In this document: piece by piece, positions 15,001-29,098 of the stretch
Position numbering within the stretch: position 1 is the stretch's first letter
Layout: every line of letters starts with the position of its first letter
NCBI GenBank assembly: GCA_964016885.1
Contig: OZ024742.1
Span: 362,948,001 to 363,012,000 of the forward strand
Length of the DNA: 64,000 nucleotides
Source: Eledone cirrhosa
Taxonomy: Eukaryota
Reading direction: 5' to 3'
Program-made: the position numbers and the translations under genes
Notes under the pieces: generated by a model
The model's input: only the letters and a program-made list of their open reading frames with translations
What the model was told of the DNA's origin: nothing
Database searches by the model: none

Positions 15001-18000
15001 GGTCTCAGTCAATGACCCCCTGTATCACTAGTGGCTGTGGTAGTTGATAGGTCTCAGTCAATGACCCCCTGTATCAGTAGTGGCTGTGGTAGTTGATAGG
15101 TCTCAGTCAATGACCCCCTGTATCAGTTGTGACTGTGGTAGTTGATAGGTCTCAGTCAATGACCCATGTATCAGTTGTGGCTGTGGTAGTTGATAGGTCT
15201 CAGTCAATGACCCCCTGTATCACTAGTGACTGTGGTAGTTGATAGGTCTCAGTCAATGACCGCCTGTATCACTAGTGACTGTGGTAGTTGATAGGTCTCA
15301 GTCAATGACCCCTGTATCAGTTGTGACTGTGGTAGTTGATAGGTTTCAGTCAATGACCCCTGTATCAGTTGTGGCTGTGGTAGTTGATAGGTCTCAGTCA
15401 ATGACCCCCTGTATCACTAGTGACTGTGGTAGTTGATAGGTCTCAGTCAATGACCCCCTGTATCACTAGTGACTGTGGTAGTTGATAGGTCTCAGTCAAT
15501 GACCCCCTGTATCACTAGTGACTGTGGTAGTTGATAGGTCTCAGTCAATGACCCCCTGTATCAGTTGTGACTGTGGTAGTTGATAGGTCTCAGTCAATGA
15601 CCCCTGTATCAGTTGTGGCTGTGGTAGTTGATAGGTCCCAGTCAATGACCCCTGTATCAGTTGTGGCTGTGGTAGTTGATAGGTCTCAGTCAATGACCCC
15701 CTGTATCAGTTGTGGCTGTGGTAGTTGATAGATCTCAGTCAATGACCCCCTGTATCAGTTGTGGCTGTGGTAGTTGATAGGTCTCAGTCAATGACCCATG
15801 TATCAGTTGTGGCTGTGGTAGTTGATAGGTCTCAGTCAATGACCCCCTGTATCACTAGTGACTGTGGTAGTTGATAGGTCTCAGTCAATGACCCCCTGTA
15901 TCACTAGTGACTGTGGTAGTTGATAGGTCTCAGTCAATGAACCCCTGTATCAGTTGTGGCTGTGGTAGTTGATAGGTCTCAGTCAATGACCCCCTGTATC
16001 AGTTGTGACTGTGGTAGTTGATAGGTCTCAGTCAATGACCCCCAGTATCAGTTGTGACTAGTGACTGTGGTAGTTGATAGGTCTCAGTCAATGACCCCCT
16101 GTATCAGTTGTGGCTGTGGTAGTTGATAGTTCTCAGTCAATGACCCCCTGTATCAGCTGTGACTGTGGTAGTTGATAGGTCTCAGTCAATGACCCCCTGT
16201 ATCAGCTGTGACTGTGGTAGTTTATAGGTCTCAGTCAATGTCCCCCTGTATCAGTTGTGACTGTGGTAGTTGATAGGTCACAGTCAATGACCCCCTGTAT
16301 CACTAGTGGCTGTGGTAGTTGATAGGTCTCAGTCATTGACCCCCTGTATCACTAGTGGCTGTGGTAGTTGATAGGTCTCAGTCAATGACCCCCTGTATCA
16401 GTTGTGGCTGTGGTAGTTGATAGGTCTCAGTCAATGACACCCTGTATCAGTTGTGGCTGTGGTAGTTGATAGGTCTCAGTCAATGACCCCCTGTAACAGT
16501 TGTCGCTGTGGTAGTTGATAGGTCTCAGTCAATGACCCCCTGTATCAGTTGTGGCTGTGGTAGTTGATAGATCTCAGTCAATGACCCCCTGTATCAGCTG
16601 TCACTGTGGTAGTTGATAGGTCTCAGTCAATGACCCCTGTATCACTAGTGGCTGTGGTAGTTGATAGGTCTCAGTCAATGACACCCTGTATCACTAGTGA
16701 CTGTGGTAGTTGATAGGTCTCAATCAATGACCCCCTGTATCAGTTGTGACTGTGGTAGTTGATAGGTCTCAGTCAATGACCCCCTGTATCAGTTGTAGCT
16801 GTGGTAGTTGCTAGGTCTCAGTCAATGACCCCTGTATCAGTTGTGGCTGTGGTAGTTGATAGGTCTCAGTCAATGACCCCCTGTATCACTAGTGGCTGTG
16901 GTAGTTGATAGGTCCCAGTCAATGACCCCCTGTATCAGTTGTGGCTGTGGTAGTTGATAGCTCTCAGTCAATGACCCCCTGTATCAGTTGTGACTGTGGT
17001 AGTTGATATTCAATGACCCCCTGTATCAGTTGTGGCTGTGGTAGTTGATAAGTCTCAGTCAATGACCCCCTGTATCAGTTGTGGCTGTGGTAGTTGATAG
17101 GTCACAGTCAATGACCCCCTGTATCAGTTGTGGCTGTGGTAGTTGATAGGTCTCAGTCAATGACCCCCTGTATCACTAGTGACTGTGGTAGTTGATAGGT
17201 CTCAGTCAATGAACCCCTGTATCAGTTGTGACTGTGGTAGTTGATAGGTCTCAGTCAATGACGCCATGTATCAGTTGTGACTGTGGTAGTTGATAGGTCT
17301 CAGTCAATGACCCCCTGTATCAGTAGTGGCTGTGGTAGTTGATAGATCTCAGTCAATGACCCCCGGTATCAGTTGTGACTAGTGACTGTGGTAGTTGATA
17401 GGTCTCAGTCAATGACCCCCTGTATCAGTTGTGACTGTGGTAGTTGATAGGTCCCAGTCAATGACCCCCTGTATCAGTTGTGGCTGTGGTAGGAGATAGG
17501 TCTCAGTCAATGACCCCCTGTATCACTAGTGGCTGTGATAGTTGATAGATCTCAGTCAATGCCCCCCCCCCTGTATCAGTTGTGGCTGTGGTAGTTGATA
17601 GATCTCAGTCAATGCCCCCCCTGTATCAGTTGTGACTGTGGTAGTTGATAGGTCTCAGTCAATGACCCCCTGTATCAGTTGTGGGTGTGGTAGTTGATAG
17701 GACTCAATCAATGACCCCCTGTATCAGTTGTGACTGTGGTAGTTGATAGGTCTCCGTCAATGACCCCCTGTATCAGTTGTGACTGTGGTAGTTGATAGGT
17801 CTCAGTCAATGACCCCCTGTATCACTAGTGACTGTGCTAGTTGATAGGTCTCAGTCAATGACCCCCTGTATCAGTTGTGGCTGTGGTAGTTGATAGGTCC
17901 CAGTCAATGACGCCCTGTATCAGTTGTGGCTGTGGTAGTTGATAGGTCTCAGTCAATGACCGCCCTGTATCAGTTGTGACTGTGGTAGTTGATAGGTCTC

Positions 18001-21000
18001 AGTCAATGACCCCCTGTATCAGTTGTGACTGTGGTAGTTGATAGATCTCAGTCAATGACCCCCTGTATCAGTAGTGGCTGTGGTAGTTGATAGGTCTCAG
18101 TCAATGACCCACTGTATCAGTTGTGACTGTGGTAGTTGATAGGTCTCAGTCAATGACCCCCTGTATCACTAGTGGCTGTGGTAGTTGATAGGTCTCAGTC
18201 AATGACCCCCTGTATCAGTAGTGGCTGTGGTAGTTGATAGGTCTCAGTCAATGACCCCCTGTATCAGTTGTGACTGTGGTAGTTGATAGGTCTCAGTCAA
18301 TGACCCATGTATCAGTTGTGGCTGTGGTAGTTGATAGGTCTCAGTCAATGACCCCCTGTATCACTAGTGACTGTGGTAGTTGATAGGTCTCAGTCAATGA
18401 CCGCCTGTATCACTAGTGACTGTGGTAGTTGATAGGTCTCAGTCAATGACCCCTGTATCAGTTGTGACTGTGGTAGTTGATAGGTTTCAGTCAATGACCC
18501 CTGTATCAGTTGTGGCTGTGGTAGTTGATAGGTCTCAGTCAATGACCCCCTGTATCACTAGTGACTGTGGTAGTTGATAGGTCTCAGTCAATGACCCCCT
18601 GTATCACTAGTGACTGTGGTAGTTGATAGGTCTCAGTCAATGACCCCCTGTATCACTAGTGACTGTGGTAGTTGATAGGTCTCAGTCAATGACCCCCTGT
18701 ATCAGTTGTGACTGTGGTAGTTGATAGGTCTCAGTCAATGACCCCTGTATCAGTTGTGGCTGTGGTAGTTGATAGGTCCCAGTCAATGACCCCTGTATCA
18801 GTTGTGGCTGTGGTAGTTGATAGGTCTCAGTCAATGACCCCCTGTATCAGTTGTGGCTGTGGTAGTTGATAGATCTCAGTCAATGACCCCCTGTATCAGT
18901 TGTGGCTGTGGTAGTTGATAGGTCTCAGTCAATGACCCATGTATCAGTTGTGGCTGTGGTAGTTGATAGGTCTCAGTCAATGACCCCCTGTATCACTAGT
19001 GACTGTGGTAGTTGATAGGTCTCAGTCAATGACCCCCTGTATCACTAGTGACTGTGGTAGTTGATAGGTCTCAGTCAATGACCCCCTGTATCAGTTGTGA
19101 CTGTGGTAGTTGATAGGTCTCAGTCAATGACCCCTGTATCAGTTGTGGCTGTGGTAGTTGATAGGTCCCAGTCAATGACCCCTGTATCAGTTGTGGCTGT
19201 GGTAGTTGATAGGTCTCAGTCAATGACCCCCTGTATCAGTTGTGGCTGTGGTAGTTGATAGGTCTCAGTCAATGACCCCCTGTATCACTAGTGGCTGTGG
19301 TAGTTGATAGGTCTCAGTCAATGACCCCCTGTATCACTAGTGACTGTGGTAGCTGATAGGTCTCAGTCAATGACTCCCTGTATCACTAGTGACTGTGGTA
19401 GTTGATAGGTCTCAGTCAATGACCCCCTGTATCAGTTTTGGCTGTGGTAGTTGATAGGTCTCAGTCAATGACCCCCTGTATCAGTTGTGACTGTGGTAGT
19501 TGATAGGTCTCAGTCAATGAACCCCTGTATCAGTTGTGGCTGTGGTAGTTGATAGGTCTCAGTCAATGACCCCCTGTATCAGTTGTGACTGTGGTAGTTG
19601 ATAGGTCTCAGTCAATGACCCCCAGTATCAGTTGTGACTAGTGACTGTGGTAGTTGATAGGTCTCAGTCAATGACCCCCTGTATCAGTTGTGGCTGTGGT
19701 AGTTGATAGTTCTCAGTCAATGACCCCCTGTATCAGCTGTGACTGTGGTAGTTGATAGGTCTCAGTCAATGACCCCCCTGTATCGCTAGTGAATGTGGTA
19801 GTTGATAGGTCTCAGTCAATGACCCCCTGTATCAGTTGTGGCTGTGGTAGTTGATAGGTCTCAGTCAATGACCCCCTGTATCAGTTGTGGCTGTGGTAGT
19901 TGATAGGTCTCAGTCAATGACCCCCTGTATCACTAGTGACTGTGGTAGTTGATAGGTCTCAGTCAATGGCTCCCAATATCAGTTGTGACTGTGGTAGTTG
20001 ATAGGTCCCAGTAAATGACCCCCTGTATCAGCTGTAGCTGTGGTAGTTGATAGGTCTCAGTCAATGACCCCCTGTATCAGCTGTGACTGTGGCAGTTGAT
20101 AGGTCTCAGTCAATGGCCCCCTGTATCAGTTGTGACTGTGGTAGTTGATAGGTCTCAGTCAATGACCCCCGGTATCTGTTGTGACTAGTGACTGTGGTAG
20201 TTGATAGGTCTCAGTCAATGACCCCCTGTATCAGCTGTGACTGTGGTAGTTTATAGGTCTCAGTCAATGTCCCCCTGTATCAGTTGTGACTGTGGTAGTT
20301 GATAGGTCACAGTCAATGACCCCCTGTATCACTAGTGGCTGTGGTAGTTGATAGGTCTCAGTCATTGACCCCCTGTATCACTAGTGGCTGTGGTAGTTGA
20401 TAGGTCTCAGTCAATGACCCCCTGTATCAGTTGTGGCTGTGGTAGTTGATAGGTCTCAGTCAATGACACCCTGTATCAGTTGTGGCTGTGGTAGTTGATA
20501 GGTCTCAGTCAATGACCCCCTGTAACAGTTGTCGCTGTGGTAGTTGATAGGTCTCAGTCAATGACCCCCTGTATCAGTTGTGGCTGTGGTAGTTGATAGA
20601 TCTCAGTCAATGACCCCCTGTATCAGCTGTCACTGTGGTAGTTGATAGGTCTCAGTCAATGACCCCTGTATCACTAGTGGCTGTGGTAGTTGATAGGTCT
20701 CAGTCAATGACACCCTGTATCACTAGTGACTGTGGTAGTTGATAGGTCTCAATCAATGACCCCCTGTATCAGTTGTGACTGTGGTAGTTGATAGGTCTCA
20801 GTCAATGACCCCCTGTATCAGTTGTAGCTGTGGTAGTTGCTAGGTCTCAGTCAATGACCCCTGTATCAGTTGTGGCTGTGGTAGTTGATAGGTCTCAGTC
20901 AATGACCCCCTGTATCACTAGTGGCTGTGGTAGTTGATAGGTCCCAGTCAATGACCCCCTGTATCAGTTGTGGCTGTGGTAGTTGATAGCTCTCAGTCAA

Positions 21001-24000
21001 TGACCCCCTGTATCAGTTGTGACTGTGGTAGTTGATATTCAATGACCCCCTGTATCAGTTGTGGCTGTGGTAGTTGATAAGTCTCAGTCAATGACCCCCT
21101 GTATCAGTTGTGGCTGTGGTAGTTGATAGGTCACAGTCAATGACCCCCTGTATCAGTTGTGGCTGTGGTAGTTGATAGGTCTCAGTCAATGACCCCCTGT
21201 ATCACTAGTGACTGTGGTAGTTGATAGGTCTCAGTCAATGAACCCCTGTATCAGTTGTGACTGTGGTAGTTGATAGGTCTCAGTCAATGACGCCATGTAT
21301 CAGTTGTGACTGTGGTAGTTGATAGGTCTCAGTCAATGACCCCCTGTATCAGTAGTGGCTGTGGTAGTTGATAGATCTCAGTCAATGACCCCCGGTATCA
21401 GTTGTGACTAGTGACTGTGGTAGTTGATAGGTCTCAGTCAATGACCCCCTGTATCAGTTGTGACTGTGGTAGTTGATAGGTCCCAGTCAATGACCCCCTG
21501 TATCAGTTGTGGCTGTGGTAGGAGATAGGTCTCAGTCAATGACCCCCTGTATCACTAGTGGCTGTGATAGTTGATAGATCTCAGTCAATGCCCCCCCCCC
21601 TGTATCAGTTGTGGCTGTGGTAGTTGATAGATCTCAGTCAATGCCCCCCCTGTATCAGTTGTGACTGTGGTAGTTGATAGGTCTCAGTCAATGACCCCCT
21701 GTATCAGTTGTGGGTGTGGTAGTTGATAGGACTCAATCAATGACCCCCTGTATCAGTTGTGACTGTGGTAGTTGATAGGTCTCCGTCAATGACCCCCTGT
21801 ATCAGTTGTGACTGTGGTAGTTGATAGGTCTCAGTCAATGACCCCCTGTATCACTAGTGACTGTGCTAGTTGATAGGTCTCAGTCAATGACCCCCTGTAT
21901 CAGTTGTGGCTGTGGTAGTTGATAGGTCCCAGTCAATGACGCCCTGTATCAGTTGTGGCTGTGGTAGTTGATAGGTCTCAGTCAATGACCCCCCTGTATC
22001 AGTTGTGACTGTGGTAGTTGATAGGTCTCAGTCAATGACCCCCTGTATCAGTTGTGACTGTGGTAGTTGATAGATCTCAGTCAATGACCCCCTGTATCAG
22101 TAGTGGCTGTGGTAGTTGATAGGTCTCAGTCAATGACCCACTGTATCAGTTGTGACTGTGGTAGTTGATAGGTCTCAGTCAATGACCCCCTGTATCACTA
22201 GTGGCTGTGGTAGTTGATAGGTCTCAGTCAATGACCCCCTGTATCAGTAGTGGCTGTGGTAGTTGATAGGTCTCAGTCAATGACCCCCTGTATCAGTTGT
22301 GACTGTGGTAGTTGATAGGTCTCAGTCAATGACCCATGTATCAGTTGTGGCTGTGGTAGTTGATAGGTCTCAGTCAATGACCCCCTGTATCACTAGTGAC
22401 TGTGGTAGTTGATAGGTCTCAGTCAATGACCGCCTGTATCACTAGTGACTGTGGTAGTTGATAGGTCTCAGTCAATGACCCCTGTATCAGTTGTGACTGT
22501 GGTAGTTGATAGGTTTCAGTCAATGACCCCTGTATCAGTTGTGGCTGTGGTAGTTGATAGGTCTCAGTCAATGACCCCCTGTATCAGTTGTGGCTGTGGT
22601 AGTTGATAGGTCTCAGTCAATGACCCCCTGTATCAGTTGTGGCTGTGGTAGTTGATAGGTCCCAGTCAATGACCCCTGTATCAGTTGTGGCTGTGGTAGT
22701 TGATAGGTCTCAGTCAATGACCCCCTGTATCAGTTGTGGCTGTGGTAGTTGATAGGTCTCAGTCAATGACCCCTGTATCACTAGTGGCTGTGGTAGTTGA
22801 TAGGTCTCAGTCAATGACACCCTGTATCACTAGTGACTGTGGTAGTTGATAGGTCTCAGTCAATGACTCCCTGTATCACTAGTGACTGTGGTAGTTGATA
22901 GGTCTCAGTCAATGACCCCCTGTATCAGTTGTGGCTGTGGTAGTTGATAGGTCTCAGTCAATGATCCCCTGTATCAGTTGTGACTGTGGTAGTTGATAGG
23001 TCTCAGTCAATGACCCCCTGTATCAGTTGTGACTGTGGTAGTTGATAGGTCTCAGTCAATGACCCCCAGCATCAGTTGTGACTAGTGACTGTGGTAGTTG
23101 ATAGGTCTCAGTCAATGACCCCCTGTATCAGTTGTGGCTGTGGTAGTTGATAGGTCTCAGTCAATGACCCCCTGTATCAGCTGTGACTGTGGTAGTTGAT
23201 AGGTCTCAGTCAATGACCCCCCTGTATCACTAGTGAATGTGGTAGTTGATAGGTCTCAGTCAATGACCCCCTGTATCAGTTGTGGCTGTGGTAGTTGATA
23301 GGTCTCAGTCAATGACACCCTGTATCAGTTGTGGCTGTGGTAGTTGATAGGTCTCAGTCAATGACCCCCTGTATCAGTTGTGGCTGTGGTAGTTGATAGG
23401 TCTCAGTCAATGACCCCCTGTATCACTAGTGACTGTGGTAGTTGATAGGTCTCAGTCAATGACTCCCTGTATCAGTTGTGACTATGGTAGTTGATAGGTC
23501 CCAGTCAATGACCCCCTGTATCAGCTGTGGCTGTGGTAGTTGATAGGTCTCAGTCAATGACCCCCTGTATCAGCTGTGACTGTGGCAGTTGATAGGTCTC
23601 AGTCAATGACCCCTTGTATCAGTTGTGACTGTGGTAGTTGATAGGTCTCAGTCAATGACCCCCTGTATCAGTTGTGACTGTGGTAGTTGATAGGTCTCAG
23701 TCAATGACCCCCGGTATCTGTTGTGACTAGTGACTGTGGTAGTTGATAGGTCCCAGTCAATGACCCCCTGTATCAGCTGTGACTGTGGTAGTTTATAGGT
23801 CTCAGTCAATGACCCCCCTGTATCAGTTGTGACTGTGGTAGTTGATAGGTCACAGTCAATGACCCCCTGTATCACTAGTGGCTGTGGTAGTTGATAGGTC
23901 TCAGTCAATGACCCCCTGTATCACTAGTGGCTGTGGTAGTTGATAGGTCTCAGTCAATGACCCCCTGTATCAGTTGTGGCTGTGGTAGTTGATAGGTCTC

Positions 24001-27000
24001 AGTCAATGACCCCCTGTATCAGTTGTGGCTGTGGTAGTTGATAGGTCTCAGTCAATGACCCCCTGTATCAGTTGTGGCTGTGGTAGTTGATAGGTCTCAG
24101 TCAATGACCCCCTGTATCAGTTGTGGCTGTGGTAGTTGATAGGTCTCAGTCAATGACCCCCTGTATCAGCTGTCACTGTGGTAGTTGATAGGTCTCAGTC
24201 AATGATCCCCTGTATCAGTTGTGACTGTGGTAGTTGATAGGTCTCAGTCAATGACCCCCTGTATCAGTTGTGACTGTGGTAGTTGATAGGTCTCAGTCAA
24301 TGACCCCCAGTATCAGTTGTGACTAGTGACTGTGGTAGTTGATAGGTCTCAGTCAATGACCCCCTGTATCAGCTGTGACTGTGGTAGTTGATAGGTCTCA
24401 GTCAATGACCCCCCTGTATCACTAGTGAATGTGGTAGTTGATAGGTCTCAGTCAATGACCCCCTGTATCAGTTGTGGCTGTGGTAGTTGATAGGTCTCAG
24501 TCAATGACCCCCTGTATCAGTTGTGGCTGTGGTAGTTGATAGGACTCAGTCAATGACCCCCTGTATCAGTTGTGACTGTGGTAGTTGATAGGTCTCAGTC
24601 AATGACCCCCTGTATCACTAGTGACTGTGGTAGTTGATAGGTCTCAGTCAATGACTCCCTGTATCAGTTGTGACTGTGGTAGTTGATAGGTCCCAGTCAA
24701 TGACCCCCTGTATCAGCTGTGGCTGTGGTAGTTGATAGGTCTCAGTCAATGACCCCCTGTATCAGCTGTGACTGTGGCAGTTGATAGGTCTCAGTCAATG
24801 ACCCCTTGTATCAGTTGTGACTGTGGTAGTTGATAGGTCTCAGTCAATGACCCCCTGTATCAGTTGTGACTGTGGTAGTTGATAGGTCTCAGTCAATGAC
24901 CCCCGGTATCTGTTGTGACTAGTGACTGTGGTAGTTGATAGGTCTCAGTCAATGACCCCCTGTATCAGCTGTGACTGTGGTAGTTTATAGGTCTCAGTCA
25001 ATGACCCCCTGTATCAGTTGTGACTGTGGTAGTTGATAGGTCACAGTCAATGACCCCCTGTATCACTAGTGGCTGTGGTAGTTGATAGGTCTCAGTCAAT
25101 GACCCTCTGTATCACTAGTGGCTGTGGTAGTTGATAGGTCTCAGTCAATGACCCCCTGTATCAGTTGTGGCTGTGGTAGTTGATAGGTCTCAGTCAATGA
25201 CCCCCTGTATCAGTTGTGGCTGTGGTAGTTGATAGGTCTCAGTCAATGACCCCCTGTATCAGTTGTGGCTGTGGTAGTTGATAGGTCTCAGTCAATGACC
25301 CCCTGTATCAGTTGTGACTGTGGTAGTTGATAGGTCACAGTCAATGACCCCCTGTATCACTAGTGGCTGTGGTAGTTGATAGGTCTCAGTCAATGACCCC
25401 TGTATCACTAGTGGCTGTGGTAGTTGATAGGTCTCAGTCAATGACCCCCTGTATCAGTTGTAGCTGTGGTAGTTGATAGGTCTCAATCAATGACCCCCTG
25501 TATCAGTTGTGACTGTGGTAGTTGATAGGTCTCAGTCAATGACCCCCTGTATCAGTTGTAGCTGTGGTAGTTGATAGGTCTCAGTCAATGACCCCCTGTA
25601 TCAGTTGTGGCTGTGGTAGTCGATAGGTCTCAGTCAATGACCCCCTGTATCACTAGTGGCTGTGGTAGTTGATAGGTCCCAGTCAATGACCCCCTGTATC
25701 AGTTGTGGCTGTGGTAGTTGATAGGTCTCAGTCAATGACCCCCTGTATCAGTTGTGACTGTGGTAGTTGATATTCAATGACCCCCTGTATCAGTTGTGGC
25801 TGTGGTAGTTGATAAGTCTCAGTCAATGACCCCCTGTATCAGTCGTGGCTGTGGTAGTTGATAGGTCTCAGTCAATGACCCCCTGTATCAGTTGTGGCTG
25901 TGGTAGTTGATAGGTCTCAGTCAATGACCCCCTGTATCACTAATGACTGTGGTAGTTGATAGGTCTCAGTCAATGAACCCCTGTATCAGTTGTGACTGTG
26001 GTAGTTGATAGGTCTCAGTCAATGACCCCCTGTATCAGCTGTGACTGTGGTTGTTGATAGGTCTCAGTCAATGACCCCCTGTATCAGTAGTGGCTGTGGT
26101 AGTTGATAGGTCTCAGTCAATGACCCCCTGTATCAGTTGTGGCTGTGGTAGTTGATAGGTCTCAGTCAATGACCCCCGGTATCAGTTGTGACTAGTGACT
26201 GTGGTAGTTGATAGGTCTCAGTCAATGACCCCCTGTATCAGTAGTGGCTGTGGTAGTTGATAGGTCTCAGTCAATGACCCCCTGTATCAGTTGTGGCTGT
26301 GGTAGTTGATAGGTCTCAGTCAATGACCCCCGGTATCAGTTGTGACTAGTGACTGTGGTAGTTGATAGGTCTCAGTCAATGAACCCCTGTATCACTAGTG
26401 GCTGTGGTAGTTGATAGGTCTCAGTCAATGACCCCCTGTATCAGCTGTGGCTGTGGTAGTTGATAGGTCTCAGTCAATGACCCCCTGTATCAGCTGTGGC
26501 TGTTGTAGTTGATAGGTCTCAGTCAATGACCCCCCTGTATCACTAGTGAATGTGGTAGTTGATAGGTCTCAGTCAATGACCCCCTGTATCAGTTGTGGCT
26601 GTGGTAGTTGATAGGTCTCAGTCAATGACGCCCTGTATCAGTTGTGGCTGTGGTAGTTGATAGGTCTCAGTCAATGACCCCCTGTATCAGTTGTGGCTGT
26701 GGTAGTTGATAGGTCTCAGTCAATGACCCCCTGTATCACTAGTGACTGTGGTAGTTGATAGGTCTCAGTCAATGACTCCCTGTATCAGTTGTGACTGGGG
26801 TAGTTGATAGGTCCCAGTCAATGACCCCCTGTATCAGCTGTGGCTGTGGTAGTTGATAGGTCTCAGTCAATGACCCCCTGTATCAGCTGTGACTGTGGCA
26901 GTTGATAGGTCTCAGTCAATGACCCCTTGTATCAGTTGTGACTGTGGTAGTTGATAGGTCTCAGTCAATGACCCCCTGTATCAGTTGTGACTGTGGTAGT

Positions 27001-28598
27001 TGATAGGTCTCAGTCAATGACCCCCGGTATCTGTTGTGACTAGTGACTGTGGTAGTTGATAGGTCTCAGTCAATGACCCCCTGTATCAGCTGTGACTGTG
27101 GTAGTTTATAGGTCTCAGTCAATGACCCCCTGTATCAGTTGTGACTGTTGTAGTTGATAGGTCACAGTCAATGACCCCCTGTATCACTAGTGGCTGTGGT
27201 AGTTGATAGGTCTCAGTCAATGACCCCCTGTATCACTAGTGGCTGTGGTAGTTGATAGGTCTCAGTCAATGACCCCCTGTATCAGTTGTGGCTGTGGTAG
27301 TTGATAGGTCTCAGTCAATGACCCCCTGTATCAGTTGTGGCTGTGGTAGTTGATAGGTCTCAGTCAATGACCCCCTGTATCAGTTGTGGCTGTGGTAGTT
27401 GATAGGTCTCAGTCAATGACCCCCTGTATCAGTTGTGACTGTGGTAGTTGATAGGTCACAGTCAATGACCCCCTGTATCACTAGTGGCTGTGGTAGTTGA
27501 TAGGTCTCAGTCAATGACCCCTGTATCACTAGTGGCTGTGGTAGTTGATAGGTCTCAGTCAATGACCCCCTGTATCAGTTGTAGCTGTGGTAGTTGATAG
27601 GTCTCAATCAATGACCCCCTGTATCAGTTGTGACTGTGGTAGTTGATAGGTCTCAGTCAATGACCCCCTGTATCAGTTGTAGCTGTGGTAGTTGATAGGT
27701 CTCAGTCAATGACCCCCTGTATCAGTTGTGGCTGTGGTAGTCGATAGGTCTCAGTCAATGACCCCCTGTATCACTAGTGGCTGTGGTAGTTGATAGGTCC
27801 CAGTCAATGACCCCCTGTATCAGTTGTGGCTGTGGTAGTTGATAGGTCTCAGTCAATGACCCCCTGTATCAGTTGTGACTGTGGTAGTTGATATTCAATG
27901 ACCCCCTGTATCAGTTGTGGCTGTGGTAGTTGATAAGTCTCAGTCAATGACCCCCTGTATCAGTTGTGGCTGTGGTAGTTGATAGGTCTCAGTCAATGAC
28001 CCCCTGTATCAGTTGTGGCTGTGGTAGTTGATAGGTCTCAGTCAATGACCCCCTGTATCACTAATGACTGTGGTAGTTGATAGGTCTCAGTCAATGAACC
28101 CCTGTATCAGTTGTGACTGTGGTAGTTGATAGGTCTCAGTCAATGACCCCCTGTATCAGCTGTGACTGTGGTTGTTGATAGGTCTCAGTCAATGACCCCC
28201 TGTATCAGTAGTGGCTGTGGTAGTTGATAGGTCTCAGTCAATGACCCCCTGTATCAGTTGTGGCTGTGGTAGTTGATAGGTCTCAGTCAATGACCCCCGG
28301 TATCAGTTGTGACTAGTGACTGTGGTAGTTGATAGGTCTCAGTCAATGACCCCCTGTATCAGTTGTGGCTGTGGTAGTTGATAGGTCTCAGTCAATGACC
28401 CCCGGTATCAGTTGTGACTAGTGACTGTGGTAGTTGATAGGTCTCAGTCAATGAACCCCTGTATCACTAGTGGCTGTGGTAGTTGATAGGTCTCAGTCAA
28501 TGACCCCCTGTATCAGCTGTGGCTGTGGTAGTTGATAGGTCTCAGTCAATGACCCCCTGTATCAGCTGTGGCTGTTGTAGTTGATAGGTCTCAGTCAA
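1..28598. repeat. 49-bp tandem satellite, ~580 monomers, consensus GTATCAGTTGTG(A/G)CTGTGGTAGTTGATAGGTCTCAGTCAATGACCCCCT; runs off the left edge
   Basis: GTATCAG recurs at 1 and 50 and onward at 49-bp period. Recurrent variants: ACTAGT, CAGCTG, AGATCT, C-run length changes, +7 and -7 bp monomers. Ends abruptly at TCAGTCAA|ACGAAAG. Confidence 0.99.
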
Positions 28599-28806
28599 AC
28601 GAAAGCTATAAAATTATTGGAACTGAAACAATATTCACATTTTTTATTCACGCTGTAAATATGAAAGCGTGTGTGTATGTAACTCCCCGGGGAGTTGAAG
28701 GGACGCCGTATTGACATACAGTGTTTCTAGGGCATTTTAAAATCTAGTGGTGCACATCTCCTCCCAGATCTGAATACAGCAGAGTTCTTCATGGGAAGGA
28801 TGGAGA

Positions 28807-28810
<4 letters not shown>

Positions 28811-28849
<39 letters not shown>

Positions 28850-28920
28850 AGTGAGAGTGAGAGAGAGAAAGTGAGAGACAGAGTGAGAGAGAGAAAGAGA
28901 GAGAGGAAGGGAGAAAGAGA
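28811..28920. repeat. (GA)n microsatellite
   Basis: Directly visible. Confidence 0.95.
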
Positions 28921-28939
28921 TATAGGGGAAGAATCAACC

Positions 28940-29098
28940 CCACTAAAAGATTGATAGTTTTATGTTTTTGTGTTTGACTTTGAAAGAATGGAAGGCAAAG
29001 TTAAAGTCGACTGGATCTGAACTGAGAAAGCAGAGAGCGAATCGAATACTGCAAAGCATTCTATCCGATGTTCTAACGACTCTACCATTTTGTCGCCT
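28940..29098 (-). mobile_element. Diverged tRNA-derived SINE copy, same family as 45726-46299
   Basis: GAATGGAAGGCAAAGTTAA...TGAACTGAG resembles GGATGAAAGGCAAAGTTAA...TGAACTCAG of the intact copies. Confidence 0.6.

Noticed and set aside
23648-23908. 86-aa ORF in the satellite
   Set aside because: Chance open frame created by indel monomers.
1-28598. CRISPR array
   Set aside because: No unique spacers; whole monomers repeat; no cas genes; eukaryotic context.
1-28598. Ribozyme-encoding satellite, as in newt or schistosome satellites
   Set aside because: The monomer has only CTGAGA on the minus strand and no GAAA, so no hammerhead can be built. It has only short inverted motifs (TGACTG/CAGTCA, TATCA/TGATA).
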